A stretch of DNA of 62,843 nucleotides, filler included, from Octopus bimaculoides (taxonomy: Eukaryota), in NCBI RefSeq assembly GCF_001194135.2. It is 8 parts of 8 records of this genome, joined end to end, with 100 filler letters (N's around TTAATTAATTAA, not from the genome) between each part and the next. Parts side by side here need not be neighbours in the genome. Positions count along the whole stretch, not along the records: positions 1 to 15,913 come from NC_068989.1; positions 16,014 to 23,262 come from NC_069000.1; positions 23,363 to 31,698 come from NC_068996.1; 5 more parts are not named here. The stretch is one strand, 5' to 3'. The position numbers and the translations under genes were made by a program. Shown here one piece after another: positions 13,813 through 26,270 of the stretch. Each line of letters opens with the position of its first letter. The first letter of the stretch is position 1. The notes beneath the pieces are model-generated. The model saw only the letters and a program-made list of their open reading frames with translations, had not been told where the DNA came from and made no database searches.

Positions 13813-14194
13813 GTGGAGGCGCAATGGCCCAGTGGTTAGGGCAGCGGACTTGCGGTCATAGGATTGCGGTTTCGATTCCCAGACCGGGCGTTGTGAGTGT
13901 TTATTGAGCGAAAACACCTAAAGCTCCACGAGGCTCCGACAGGGGAAGGCGGTGAACCCTACTGTACTCTTTCACCACAACTTTCTCTCACTCTTACTTC
14001 CTGTTTCTGTTGTACCTGTAATTCAAAGAGCCAGCCTTGACACACTGTGTCACGCTGAATATCCCCGAGAACTACGTTAAGGGTACACGTATCTGTGGAG
14101 TGCTCAGCCACTTGCACGTTAATTTCACGAGCAGGCTGTTCCGTTGATCGGATCAACTAGAACCCTCGACGTCGTAAGCGACGGAGTGCCAACA
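13813..14194 (+). mobile_element. tRNA-derived SINE family A
   Basis: A box TGGCCCAGTGG, B box GGTTTCGATTCC, tail ...GACGGAGTGCCAACAA; near-identical copies at 25875-26270 (-) and 40854-41209 (+). Confidence 0.85.
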
Positions 14195-14458
14195 AAAATA
14201 TATTGGTTATAAGAGAATTTGCGACAGGACTTTGAATCCGAAAACTAACTGTTTAGATGGGATTCAGCAATTTTTAAAGATTTCCAAATAATTTACAACG
14301 ATTTACAGAGATTTTCAGTGATTTCCTGCATTGAGCCCCTCTGCTTCTCTCAAGTTTAAACGCTTATATGTTGTCTTTGAATATAACTAATGATATATTA
14401 AAGACAACTGTTCAATTCTTGAATAATGCACGATGTTCTCTTTATTTTTTATTTCCAG

Positions 14459-14500
14459 GGAGGACTTGTTGCGCTTGTCTTTTGCTTTTTAAACAGAGAA
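14459..14500 (+). CDS. Class B GPCR 42-nt exon (TM7 end, GGLVALVFCFLNRE)
   Basis: Acceptor tttttatttccAG, donor GAA|GTGAGT, phase 0/0. Joins the previous exon to give HSQ|GGLVALVFCFLNRE|V, equivalent to the conserved QGxxVxxxYCFxNxEV motif. Confidence 0.9.
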
Positions 14501-15106
14501 GTGAGTACTGCTTCAGTTTTCTATACTATTAACTGCGTATTTTTATTAATAAAGACTATTTTGAGTTAATAAATATTAAGATATGCTCATTTACCATTAA
14601 ATATTTAATTGAAGGTAGTCTTTAGTATTGCAATGAATTTTTATCCCCAAGAAAAGTTCTGTTATACGCACGCGCACACTCATAGATGCATACACATATA
14701 TATATATATATATATATATATGTGTTTGATATATATATCTACACGTATAGATAGATATACACACACACACAGAGACACACATATACATGCATACATACAT
14801 ATATATATATATGTATGTATATGTGTGTGTGTGTGTGTTTATCTATCTATACGTGTATATATATATATATATATATATCACACATGCATACACATACATA
14901 TATAGGTATATATTAAAACATATATATCTATATGTATGTATATACAAAATGTATGTATATATATATATGTATATATAAAACATATATATCTATATATATG
15001 TATATATGTATATGTATGCATGTATATGTGTATATGTATATATATGTATGTAAGTATATATACTAAGATTTTAGCCACTTGTCATGATTGCCTTATGAGA
15101 CTATAG

Positions 15107-15141
<35 letters not shown>

Positions 15142-15157
15142 ATCATCATCATCATCA

Positions 15158-15385
15158 AGGCGGTGAGCTGGCACAATAGTTAGCCTGCTGGACGAAATGC
15201 TTAGCGGTATTTCGCCCGTCGCTACGTTCTGAGTTCAAATTCCGCCGAGGTCGGCTTTGCCTTTCATCGTTCGGGAACAATAAATTTAATATCAGTCAAG
15301 TACTGGGGTCGATCTAATCGACAGGCCCCTCTTCTTGCCAGAAAACACCTTGTACCTAGAGTAGAAAAGATTATTATTATTATTA
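15158..15385 (+). mobile_element. SINE family B
   Basis: Head GGCGGTGAGCTGGC...GAGTTCAAATTCC, central GAGGTCG.CTTTGCCTTTCATC motif, tail CCTAGAGTAGAAAAG(ATT)n; partial copies follow at 15390-15460 and 15530-15620. Confidence 0.8.
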
Positions 15386-15621
15386 TTATGATAGCGGTAT
15401 TTCGCCCTTTGCTATGTTCTGAGTTTAAATTCCGCCGAGGTCGTCTTTACCTTTCATCCTAATGAAGAACTACCATTTTCTTTTTTTTTTGGCTATGCGC
15501 AATCCATCCATCTGACTTTATCCAAGCACCTTGGTAGTTCTTCACTGGGGACGATGTAATCGACTCAACCCATGCCCCAAAATCGCAGCCCTTGTGGTAA
15601 AATTTGAAACCATTATTAGTG

Positions 15622-15913
15622 TTATTATTATTATTATTATTATTTTATGTTTGACTTTTGTTTTGCATTTGTACAAGTTGGATCCAAGTCTCACCCAGAG
15701 ACCTCAAGAGACAACAAGTTAGAAGTTCATGTAGGTGTTATGCCTAGGGTACCATATATTTGGATTTGTACAGTTTTGTTCAAGTGAATGTTTAAGAAAC
15801 CATAAGAAAATTATGTTTGCTTTAAAATTTGAGATCACATAGACAGTATTTTACGTAGGATATGGGCAGTTCCCATGAGCACTATCTTTTGGACTTCAGC
15901 CATTTTGGGGTTT
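15622..15913 (-). mobile_element. Dong/R4-type (RLE) non-LTR retrotransposon 3' end
   Basis: Minus strand encodes NPKMAEVQKIVLMGTAHILRKILSM* (RLE-domain C-terminal signature), then a 3' UTR and a (TAA)n tail; truncated by the linker. Confidence 0.8.
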
Positions 15914-16013
15914 NNNNNNNNNNNNNNNNNNNNNNNNNNNNNNNNNNNNNNNNNNNNTTAATTAATTAANNNNNNNNNNNNNNNNNNNNNNNNNNNNNNN
16001 NNNNNNNNNNNNN
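15914..16013. other. Artificial scaffolding linker (44 N + TTAATTAATTAA + 44 N)
   Basis: Identical 100-bp structure at 15914, 23263, 31699, 52131, 54259, 58819 and 60807; the palindromic core gives stops in all six frames. Confidence 0.95.
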
Positions 16014-16140
16014 AGATACGTGTAATTTATATTTCTTAACATATTCCTTTTTATTTTCAAACATATATATATATATCTTAATTATCAAATTTTCATTAAC
16101 TTATTTATAACTATTATATTAAGTACAAAGAACTAGTTGT

Positions 16141-16183
<43 letters not shown>

Positions 16184-16313
16184 TCTACTACTACTAACTA
16201 TTACATTATAGTTCTTTATTGTCATCCCTTACTTTCAGTCTTCCTTCATCCACCCGTATCATAAACTTCCTACCCTTCATAATATCTTTGGTAACCACTC
16301 CATTGACGACGAC

Positions 16314-16355
<42 letters not shown>

Positions 16356-17075
16356 AATGATGATGATAATGTTGATGAGGATCAGGATAATAATGATGAT
16401 AATGATGATGATGATTGGAATATTTTTAATTTCTTCAAATTCGAGTGTACATTCATCGACCTTTTAAAGGTATAACTAGGAAAAATACTGAGAAACGCAT
16501 TTTACACAGACACACGCACGCACGTACACACACACACACACTCACACACACACGCACACACACACACGCAAACACACACACATACGCACACACACACACA
16601 CATGCACACATACGCGCGCGCGCGCAGCCGATAAATAGGTAGAGAGATAAATTGATTGTTAGATAGATCAGATAAACAGCCATATCGATAGATAGATAGA
16701 TAGCTACATATGTAGATATATTGATATATAAATACCCGGGCAGGTGAATAGGTATACAAATATATAAAATAACCACCCTGATATATCGACGGATCTCTCC
16801 TGTCTTCTTTCCTGCTAGCCGTTACAAAGGTATACAGAATGTCAAAGAAATAGAAAGGTACAGTGATTGGCTCAGGAATAGTTGCAGACGGATGGATAAA
16901 TAAATTTATAAGTATGCTCGAAAATGTATGCTGTGAGTTCTCTGCGCGCGCGCACGTGTGCGTGTGTGCAGTTTTGCTAACTGCACAAAAATTAACAAAC
17001 CATACAGATGAATTTATACACAGACCCTTAGACATACATACTCACAGATACACATACATATACGCACACATACAA

Positions 17076-17117
<42 letters not shown>

Positions 17118-17366
17118 NNNNNNNNNNNNNNNNNNNNNNNNNNNNNNNNNNNNNNNNNNNNNNNNNNNNNNNNNNNNNNNNNNNNNNNNNNNNNNNNNNN
17201 NNNNNNNNNNNNNNNNNNNNNNNNNNNNNNNNNNNNNNNNNNNNNNNNNNNNNNNNNNNNNNNNNNNNNNNNNNNNNNNNNNNNNNNNNNNNNNNNNNNN
17301 NNNNNNNNNNNNNNNNNNNNNNNNNNNNNNNNNNNNNNNNNNNNNNNNNNNNNNNNNNNNNNNNNN

Positions 17367-17409
<43 letters not shown>

Positions 17410-17712
17410 CTGATGTTATACTCACCATGTTTCATAGATAATATATCACTGATCAGAGATCTAAGTGAAACCCTTTGAAACTTGAGTAATACACACACAC
17501 ACACATACATATAAGAATACCAAAAATGGGACAAGAACGCAACAAGCAACAACAAGACACCCAGACAGTTAGATGATACAAAAAGAGACAAGAAAAAACA
17601 AGGACGGGTCATTCGGAGTTTTCTTTCGTCAGTAGAGTTCCAGATTATCTTTGCAGTTTCGGCTGGTTTCAATGGATGATATATCCGAAAAAGAAAGATC
17701 TCAATCTAAAAG

Positions 17713-17779
<67 letters not shown>

Positions 17780-17933
17780 CATATATATATAAAAAAATAA
17801 CGTCGACCACTACCGTGGACAATTAATGCGCTAGAAATAGATCACATCTTGTGTCTATTAAGACCTAAATTGTTCTCAACATGAAATATAGCAGCATATA
17901 TATATATGTGTGTGTGTGTGTACACATATATAA

Positions 17934-18492
17934 ATGTTCTCATCCTCAGCCATCTGGATTATTGCCCTCAACTGTGGTCACACCAGTTTCAAATTAATAG
18001 CGGAACTTGAGGTAGTTCTGCGGCGCTACATCAGGAGGACTGCACCAATGGAAAAACTGGGTGCTGAGCTCCTGGGAGAGGCTGTAATCCATCGAGAGAA
18101 GAACGAAGAAATATCCGGTGATATTCACATGGAATATCTTACAGTAGTTGGCACCAAACTTTGGCATCCCCAACATGAATGTCACAGCACTGTTCCAAAG
18201 ACCTCACCCATCCCAGTTAGAGGGAGGATCAGGTATTGCAATAACTTGGGATTATTTTATATCTTGCCAAAACATCTGAGAGATATGCATGTGGATGGCG
18301 TAGATGTTTCCAAAAAACAACATAACTTCCTGTTGTCCAAGGTCCACAATGAGCTTCCATCATTGGAAATAACTCAACAGAAAGCAGCAATATCGAACAA
18401 TCTCCTTCAAAGCAAACGAATCGCCAATAAAGAAAAATGGCCAAAGGGAAGGGTGATAAATACTGGCGGTACCCCAAAATGGCGACATAAAA

Positions 18493-18539
<47 letters not shown>

Positions 18540-18540
18540 G
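17934..18540 (+). mobile_element. Unassigned retroelement-like fragment with (AAT)n tail
   Basis: Stop-free K/E/R-rich frame of ~190 non-repetitive codons ending in an (AAT)n run; weak similarity in an alternative frame (HPSQLEGGSGIAITWDYFI) to the RLE H.P...E......WD..I segment. Family uncertain. Confidence 0.3.
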
Positions 18541-18712
18541 ATATAAGAATACCAGACAAGCCACCCATACCTGGATACAACTCACTCAACATAAACAAAA
18601 CTTGACTATAAAAAGGATTTAGATAATCCTATCAGGTGGTGCTATTAAGTTAGACATGGCCTGGACCAATCTTTGGTCGAAATATATCTAAGTTTTATCT
18701 ACGTTTTATATA

Positions 18713-18744
<32 letters not shown>

Positions 18745-19435
18745 NNNNNNNNNNNNNNNNNNNNNNNNNNNNNNNNNNNNNNNNNNNNNNNNNNNNNNNN
18801 NNNNNNNNNNNNNNNNNNNNNNNNNNNNNNNNNNNNNNNNNNNNNNNNNNNNNNNNNNNNNNNNNNNNNNNNNNNNNNNNNNNNNNNNNNNNNNNNNNNN
18901 NNNNNNNNNNNNNNNNNNNNNNNNNNNNNNNNNNNNNNNNNNNNNNNNNNNNNNNNNNNNNNNNNNNNNNNNNNNNNNNNNNNNNNNNNNNNNNNNNNNN
19001 NNNNNNNNNNNNNNNNNNNNNNNNNNNNNNNNNNNNNNNNNNNNNNNNNNNNNNNNNNNNNNNNNNNNNNNNNNNNNNNNNNNNNNNNNNNNNNNNNNNN
19101 NNNNNNNNNNNNNNNNNNNNNNNNNNNNNNNNNNNNNNNNNNNNNNNNNNNNNNNNNNNNNNNNNNNNNNNNNNNNNNNNNNNNNNNNNNNNNNNNNNNN
19201 NNNNNNNNNNNNNNNNNNNNNNNNNTATATATATATATATATATTTACATATATATACATATACATATATTTATATATACCTATATACATCCATCCATAC
19301 ATACACGCATACGTATTGGTAGATTCATGCATACATATAGATAAATAGTCGAGTCAATTTGTAAAACGTATGTATAGTTATTAACTGAACGTGGATAAAT
19401 TTATAGATACAGAATCATATATATGAATAAATTGA

Positions 19436-19471
<36 letters not shown>

Positions 19472-19638
19472 GTATGTGTGTGTGTGCATGTGTGTGTGCG
19501 TGCGTGTGCGTGTATGCATATATGTATACGTGCATGTGAGTATATTTGTATTTGTACACACACACATATATTTGTGTGTGATTGTGAGTGTAACTGTGTG
19601 TGCACGCGCGTGTGTGAGTGTGTGTGTTTGTGTTTGTG

Positions 19639-19680
<42 letters not shown>

Positions 19681-19991
19681 TTTGTGTGTATATTGTATAC
19701 TCATCAAGTAAAATACTACACACACACACTTGCCTTGTTACATATAAAAACCCTAAAAAATTGAAATTGAATATTTCAAATTGAAAACTTTTAATATCTA
19801 CGTTTGAAATATTAAAATATTTCACGTTTTTAAGCTAGTTTTTCATTTATATGTTTAATAAATATAGTTTTTTTTTTGCATAAGTACAGTCGGGATGTCA
19901 CTCTTCGTATATATGTATATATGTATGTATGTATGTGTGTATGTATGGATGGATGGATGGATGGATGGATGAATGGATGGATAGATGTATA

Positions 19992-20030
<39 letters not shown>

Positions 20031-20474
20031 NNNNNNNNNNATATATATACACGCACACACACACATTCACACACACATGCACGCACACACACATACATAC
20101 ATATTTATAGAAGTATGCATAGAATTGCACCCGCTTACTATGCAGAAAGCAAGGAAGTATGTAAGCAACTTGTGTATGTCTAAAAGAGAAACAATGTAAG
20201 TATGAAAGATTCAGGATGTGTCAAAGAGAATGAGACATAGAATTGAGGAAACTATTCTTTTCCTTTCTATGCCTCTGTATAACCCCGAAGAAATATACTG
20301 ATTTGTGTGTGTAACTGTCCCTGTGTGCGCGCGAGCATGCCCAATCGCATATGTTTTTGTATTTGTGTATGCCTGCATGTGTTGTCCGTACGTATGTACA
20401 CTAAAGTATGCACAAAAACCACTTAGAATTTTGAATGTTTTGTATATGTGTAACTTTATGTGCATATGTATATG

Positions 20475-20524
<50 letters not shown>

Positions 20525-20534
20525 NNNNNNNNNN

Positions 20535-20565
<31 letters not shown>

Positions 20566-21600
20566 CATGTGTGTATATGTCTGTATATTTATATATATAT
20601 ATATCAAATAAAATGTATTAACATATATATACTCAAACATATGCATATACATATAGATATTTATGTATTTACAAATACATATATATCTTTGTATCCCTAT
20701 TTATACCTATTTCCTTTTTTTGTATCTATCTATATATTTATATATAGACATACATATATACATACATATGTATACATATATATATAAATATAAATATGTA
20801 TACATATATATATAAATATAAAAATGTATACATATATATATAAATATAAATATATCTGAGAGATTTAGAAATTCATTATTTCTAATATATANNNNNNNNN
20901 NNNNNNNNNNNNNNNNNNNNNNNNNNNNNNNNNNNNNNNNNNNNNNNNNNNNNNNNNNNNNNNNNNNNNNNNNNNNNNNNNNNNNNNNNNNNNNNNNNNN
21001 NNNNNNNNNNNNNNNNNNNNNNNNNNNNNNNNNNNNNNNNNNNNNNNNNNNNNNNNNNNNNNNNNNNNNNNNNNNNNNNNNNNNNNNNNNNNNNNNNNNN
21101 NNNNNNNNNNNNNNNNNNNNNNNNNNNNNNNNNNNNNNNNNNNNNNNNNNNNNNNNNNNNNNNNNNNNNNNNNNNNNNNNNNNNNNNNNNNNNNNNNNNN
21201 NNNNNNNNNNNNNNNNNNNNNNNNNNNNNNNNNNNNNNTATATATGGATTTATATGTACGTATGTATGTATGTATGTATGTGTATATATATATATATATA
21301 TATTTTGGGACTGCCATGTTGGCTTGGCGATAACTATTAATTTCCAGTACCGCTGCCGTAGTCTCCTTTAGAGAGACTTAGAAATATTAATAACTCTATA
21401 TATATATATATATAAATATAATCATAAATATATAGGGATCGACAGTAACCTGCTTCTCCAACATACTGAGAATTCAGAAATAGCAGTCAAAGAACTACTG
21501 ATTTCAAAACTACAAATTATTACTCAAGATTGATAGCGATATTCCCTGCCCTGCATATCTATATATATATAAATATGTATAAATAAACATATATATATAT

Positions 21601-21651
<51 letters not shown>

Positions 21652-22266
21652 GAGAGAGAGATGGATAGAGAAATAAAGAGTAATTAAGCACCGGTCATTT
21701 TTTTACCTATACAGAATGAGGCAAATTGCGCCTTGTTTAACTAACACCATAAAACAGCCGTTACACAACCATTTCCCGTTAGTTCAAAAATTAATATCTA
21801 AGTATTATGGGATATATAGACGGAAAATGTCTGTTTGAATAGATGACGTAATACTAGCAGCCATATTCCTTCGCTCCTTTCGGCTGTCTGGCTCGGCGTA
21901 TGTATCTTCGTTCCCTCTCACGTCTCTTTACTGCTGTGGCTTGTGTGACCGTTCACGGAACTACCTTTTGCCATTTATAAAATGTGTAGTTCGCAAAACT
22001 AACACATTCCTCCTCCCTCTTTGTATAGGTTTCGCCAAATCTCTCTCGTTGTCCCATCTTTCTGTCTGTTTGCCTGCTGTCCGCCTATTTGTCTGATTAT
22101 CTTTTTGATTCTTTCTTTCTTTCTTTTTTTCTTTCTTTCATTCTTTCTTTCTTTTATCTGTGTCTACCATTCATTCACAGCCTCTCTGTTCACATATTTT
22201 GTATACTTATGATGTTCGCTTATGAATTTAAATTAATAATGAATAAAAATTACATTTATAGACTAT

Positions 22267-22269
<3 letters not shown>

Positions 22270-22362
<93 letters not shown>
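22270..22362. repeat. (CA)n microsatellite, ~46 units
   Basis: Perfect dinucleotide run; one of very many (TA, CA, GA, TACA, GATA, ATC, AAT) tracts, most flanking N gaps. Confidence 0.95.
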
Positions 22363-22364
<2 letters not shown>

Positions 22365-23362
22365 GGAAACTTATTTCAAATAATATATTTGGGTTGCTTT
22401 GTAGTGGGGTACATCTTAACAGACATACTTTCTTCCAAAAACATGGGCGTTACATTTATATGAAAAAAAAAACCCCCATTATTTGTTATTTCCTACAAAG
22501 AACCGTCTAAATTGATATCATTTTTCAAAAAAGAATTATTTTCCAAGGCTCCTTCTCTCGGACCATAAATATTATACGTAATAGATGGTGCAAAGGAAAA
22601 ATTCGCCAGATGTAACTAGCAATGCAGAAATAGTTATTACTGTCTCAGATTTAAGTAAATTAATAAGTTATTTTTTAAATAGCAAAAAAATTATATAAGA
22701 GTAAAAATGAAAAGGCGAAAACAACTGCTTTCAATATTGACTAGAGACAACAATGTTTCAAGACCTTGGGTCCTCATTTTAATGAAGAGAAATAGAGAAA
22801 GAAGGAGAGAGTAGGGGGTGAGAAAAAGAGAGGGAGGAAGAGTGAAGGGGAGGGACAAAATGAGAAGTAAAAGAGTTAGAGAAAAAGAAAGAGGAGAGCG
22901 AGAGAAAACACGGATTCATTCAAATCACAAATAGGGTGCCATGAATACCACAACATATTTTACAGATTTTTGTCTCACATTTATATATTGTCCTACATCT
23001 ATCTATATATACAATTATCTATACTTGCAAATATGACGTGTGTCAGTTTGCATATTTATGTATACACACACACACAAACGCACACACACACATGCGCACA
23101 CACACACATGCGCACACACACACACAAACGCACACACACACAAACGCACACACACACACACAAACGCACATTAATATTAAGCAGAAGTATTTATACTTAT
23201 ATGTGAATATACTCATACTTTGAGTTCTATTTTTCCTGTTTGAATTAACATACCTATATATANNNNNNNNNNNNNNNNNNNNNNNNNNNNNNNNNNNNNN
23301 NNNNNNTTAATTAATTAANNNNNNNNNNNNNNNNNNNNNNNNNNNNNNNNNNNNNNNNNNNN

Positions 23363-23700
23363 GGAGACAGATGTAATAGCGGCCTTAGATGAAATGATCT
23401 CAAGCTCCGCAACAGATCCCGATGGCTTCTCCAGCTATTCTCCTGAAGTCATGTAAGCAGGTTTTAGCGAAGCCACTTCAGATACTTTTCCAAAGTTTCC
23501 TTGCAAATGGTAAACTTCCTAAAAAGCTAAAAGAAGGCGTTATATTCCCTATCCGCAAGGGTAGAAGCAGAGCAGAGGCCAAAATCTACAGGCCAATCTC
23601 TCTGACTTCACATATCAGTAAAGTCATGGAGCGAATCATCAGAAAGAAGTTGATAATGTTCCTAGAAGAAAATGACCTACTGAAAATGACCTTCTTCTTG
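23363..23700 (+). mobile_element. LINE (CR1/L2/Jockey-like) reverse transcriptase N-terminal fragment
   Basis: SSATDPDG...AILLKSCKQVLAKPLQILFQSFLANGKLP...IFPIRKG...YRPISLTSHISKVMERIIRKKL, the conserved region immediately before RT. Confidence 0.85.
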
Positions 23701-24059
23701 AAGCAGTTTGTTGGTGTCGAACTGCTTTGATTACCTTAACTTGTATCCTTTGAGATTTTCGTTTAAACGATTTCACATCTTTGTTCTATGTCTCATTAGA
23801 CGTTTCATTTTTCTAGGAATTATATTTTTGTGTTTTTGTTAGTGTTTCTTTCTGGAATAAAGTTAATGCATGTGAATTGCCTTATTGGCATAAATTGCTT
23901 AAGTTTTATGTGGTTGTCTCTACCAGATAGATATTTGAGGGTTTCACTCTCTGGATAGAAGTTCAGGCTGAATATAAAGTGAGTGCTACTTGCTGTACAA
24001 TACATGTCTACAGTTTTTTTAACCATACTTCGTAAGCGCTATTACGTCAATGCTTACGA

Positions 24060-25306
24060 GATTACACCAAATTAATTTCGTTTTTTTAGTGTGAAATAGA
24101 TGTCATTTTTTTTTTCATACAAAGAATGAACTTTAATCAGTTATATATTTTCCATTTTGTTTGATGACCTTTTGTCATATTTCTAGCAACTTCATGATTC
24201 CGCGCTTATAGAACTTCTGATCCTTATCTGCCAAAAACTGAAGCAAATGCGATTTCAGGTCATCACCATTATTTACCATTCAAAGAGTTTTGCAAACTTC
24301 GAAATAAATAGTTATCTGACGGTGCAAGGTCAGGGCTATATGGTGGTCGTAGCACCACTTCCCAACCAAGCTCCAATAAATTTTCACGAGTTAGCAAAGA
24401 TGTGTGTGGTCAAGCGTTGTGATGGTGAAACGGAATTCCTTTACGATCTGCAAACTTTGGTCGTTTATCTTTGATTGCTTCATCCAGTTTCATTAACTAT
24501 TGACAGTGAACATCTGAATGGATCGTTTGGTTCCTTTGAAGCAGCTCAAAATACACAACACCTTTGTAATCCCACCAAACTGACAGCATGACCTTTTTTG
24601 ATGCAATTCAGCTTTCGATGTGGTTTTCGCTGGTTCAATAGGCTTGGACCATGATCGTTTACGATTTATGTTCTTGTAGACAATCCATTTTTCGTCACCA
24701 GTGATGATTCGTTTCAAAAATAGGTTGATTTCATTGCATTTGAGATGCATATCACAAATATTGATTCGTTGTGTTAAGTGAATCTCTTTCAATTTATGTG
24801 GAACCCAAATATCGAGCTTCTTAACGAGTTCAAGACATTTTAAGTGATTTTCAGTTGTTTGTGATAGATTTAACCTCTCTGCAATCTCTTGCATAGTTAT
24901 ATGATTCAGTTATGACATTGATTCGGTCATCATCAACTTCAGTACGTTGGTCGTATTCGAATGAAATATCTCCAGAACGGAATTTTTTAATCATTTCTGA
25001 CGTGTGCACTCTGTTAAGCAGTCAAACACCATAAACTTCACATATCTCTTTGTGATCCTCAGCAGCTTTCTCGCCTTTACAAAAATTTAAAAGAAAACAT
25101 GGCAAAACGTTCGTTTTTGCAGTTCGTGTTAAAATTGACACTGAACTAACAGTTGTAAACAAAATTACGCGCAATTTGCTTCTAAAGTAAGTTAAAAGTA
25201 ACAGTTATCAAATGTCAAAAGGAAAAAGTTGTAACATTGACAAAAGTCGTTCCAAAAAATCGTAACTCTATTTGCGAAAAACGAAATTACTTTTTTGCCA
25301 ACCCAA
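24060..25306 (-). mobile_element. Mariner (DD34D) transposon, near full length, degenerate
   Basis: Minus strand has WVPHKL, TGDEKWIVY, FHHHNA*PH and PPYSPDLAPSDNYLF. Terminus TA|TTGGGTTGGCAAAAAAGTAATTTCGTTTTT at 25308; degenerate partner AATTAATTTCGTTTTTT near 24070. Frameshifts and stops present. Confidence 0.88.
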
Positions 25307-25429
25307 TAACATTAATGAATAATAGAAATAATAAGGTATTGCATTGGTTATATTTTCTAACTTCTTTCTTCCTTTTTCCCTATCAAACCATGCAGTTTCT
25401 AAATCAGCGAATCAGAGCGATTGTCGATA

Positions 25430-25520
25430 ATGACGTCATCTGTAAACTGTGAAGTTTCTTCAGATTTTCTGATACTTTTGCATTGGCTGGTAGCGGAATC
25501 AGCTGAAGATTTCACAATGT
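25430..25520 (+). CDS. Candidate first coding exon of the macrodomain-like gene
   Basis: ATG at 25430 follows an in-frame TAA; reads MTSSVNCEVSSDFLILLHWLVAESAEDFTM. Donor T|GTACGT at 25520/21 is phase 1, matching the phase-1 acceptor at 28158 (gives ...M-S-L-I-E-K). A second in-frame ATG is at 25517. No expression evidence. Confidence 0.35.
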
Positions 25521-25603
25521 GTACGTTCATAAATATAGGTGGCCTATCTACCTAGCTATTTATTTATCTCTGTATTTACTACCTATCTGTTTATTGCATT
25601 GTT

Positions 25604-25800
25604 ACCACAAGAGAAACCATGTAGTTGCTACGGCAGTGCTTTGGAGAGAGATTAATATTCCGCTACGGCAACATCAACTGGCTTTCAGGTTCCCCGGACT
25701 TGACGAGACCGGATTTTTTTTTTTTTTTTTTTGAGGATGCCTGATAGAGAGGATTTACGTCAACGAACCGAAGACCCTGGTGCAACCGAAGGAGGATATC
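25604..25800 (+). mobile_element. DD41D (rosa-type) Tc1/mariner transposase fragment
   Basis: Highly similar to 27610-27800 (ETM.LLRQCFGER...NW..GSPDLTRPD...RIYVNEPKTLVQPKE). Confidence 0.7.
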
Positions 25801-25805
25801 TGTCC

Positions 25806-25841
<36 letters not shown>

Positions 25842-25874
25842 GTGTATCTATCTATCTATTCCTATCTCAGTAGA

Positions 25875-26270
25875 TTGTTGTTGTTGTTGTTGGCACTCCG
25901 TCGCTTACGATGTCGAGGGTTCCAGTCGATCCGATCAACGGAACAGCCTGCTCGTGAAATTAACGTGCAAGTGGCTGAGAAATCCACAGACACGTGTACA
26001 CTTAACGTAGTTCTCGGGGAGAATCAACGTGACACAGAGTGTGACAAGGCTGACCCTTTGAAGTACAGGTACAACAGAAACAGGAAGAAAGAGTGAGAGA
26101 AAGTTGTGGTGGAAGAGTACAGCAGGGTTCGCCACCATCCCCTGCCGGAACCTCTTGGAGCTTTAGGTGTTTTCGCTCAATAAACACTCACAACGCCCGG
26201 TCTGGGAATCGAAATCGCGATCCTATGACCGCGAGTCCGCTGCCGTAACCACTGGGCCATTGCGCCTCTA
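25875..26270 (-). mobile_element. tRNA-derived SINE family A with (CAA)n tail
   Basis: Reverse complement of the 13813-14194 element over its full length. Confidence 0.85.

Noticed and set aside
13813-13890. tRNA genes at SINE heads (also 26195-26270, 45521-45590, 47480-47550)
   Set aside because: A/B boxes are present but there is no complete cloverleaf and each continues into a multi-copy SINE body.
17500-17680. Second hammerhead in a Penelope-pLTR-like fragment (minus strand CCGAAAC ... CTGACGA)
   Set aside because: Core halves are in the wrong order or truncated and no consistent stems I-III can be drawn.
18640-18695. GACCA-atctt-TGGTC-GAAA-TATA-TC, resembling the 3' half of a minimal hammerhead
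   Set aside because: No CUGANGA upstream; at best a decayed relic.
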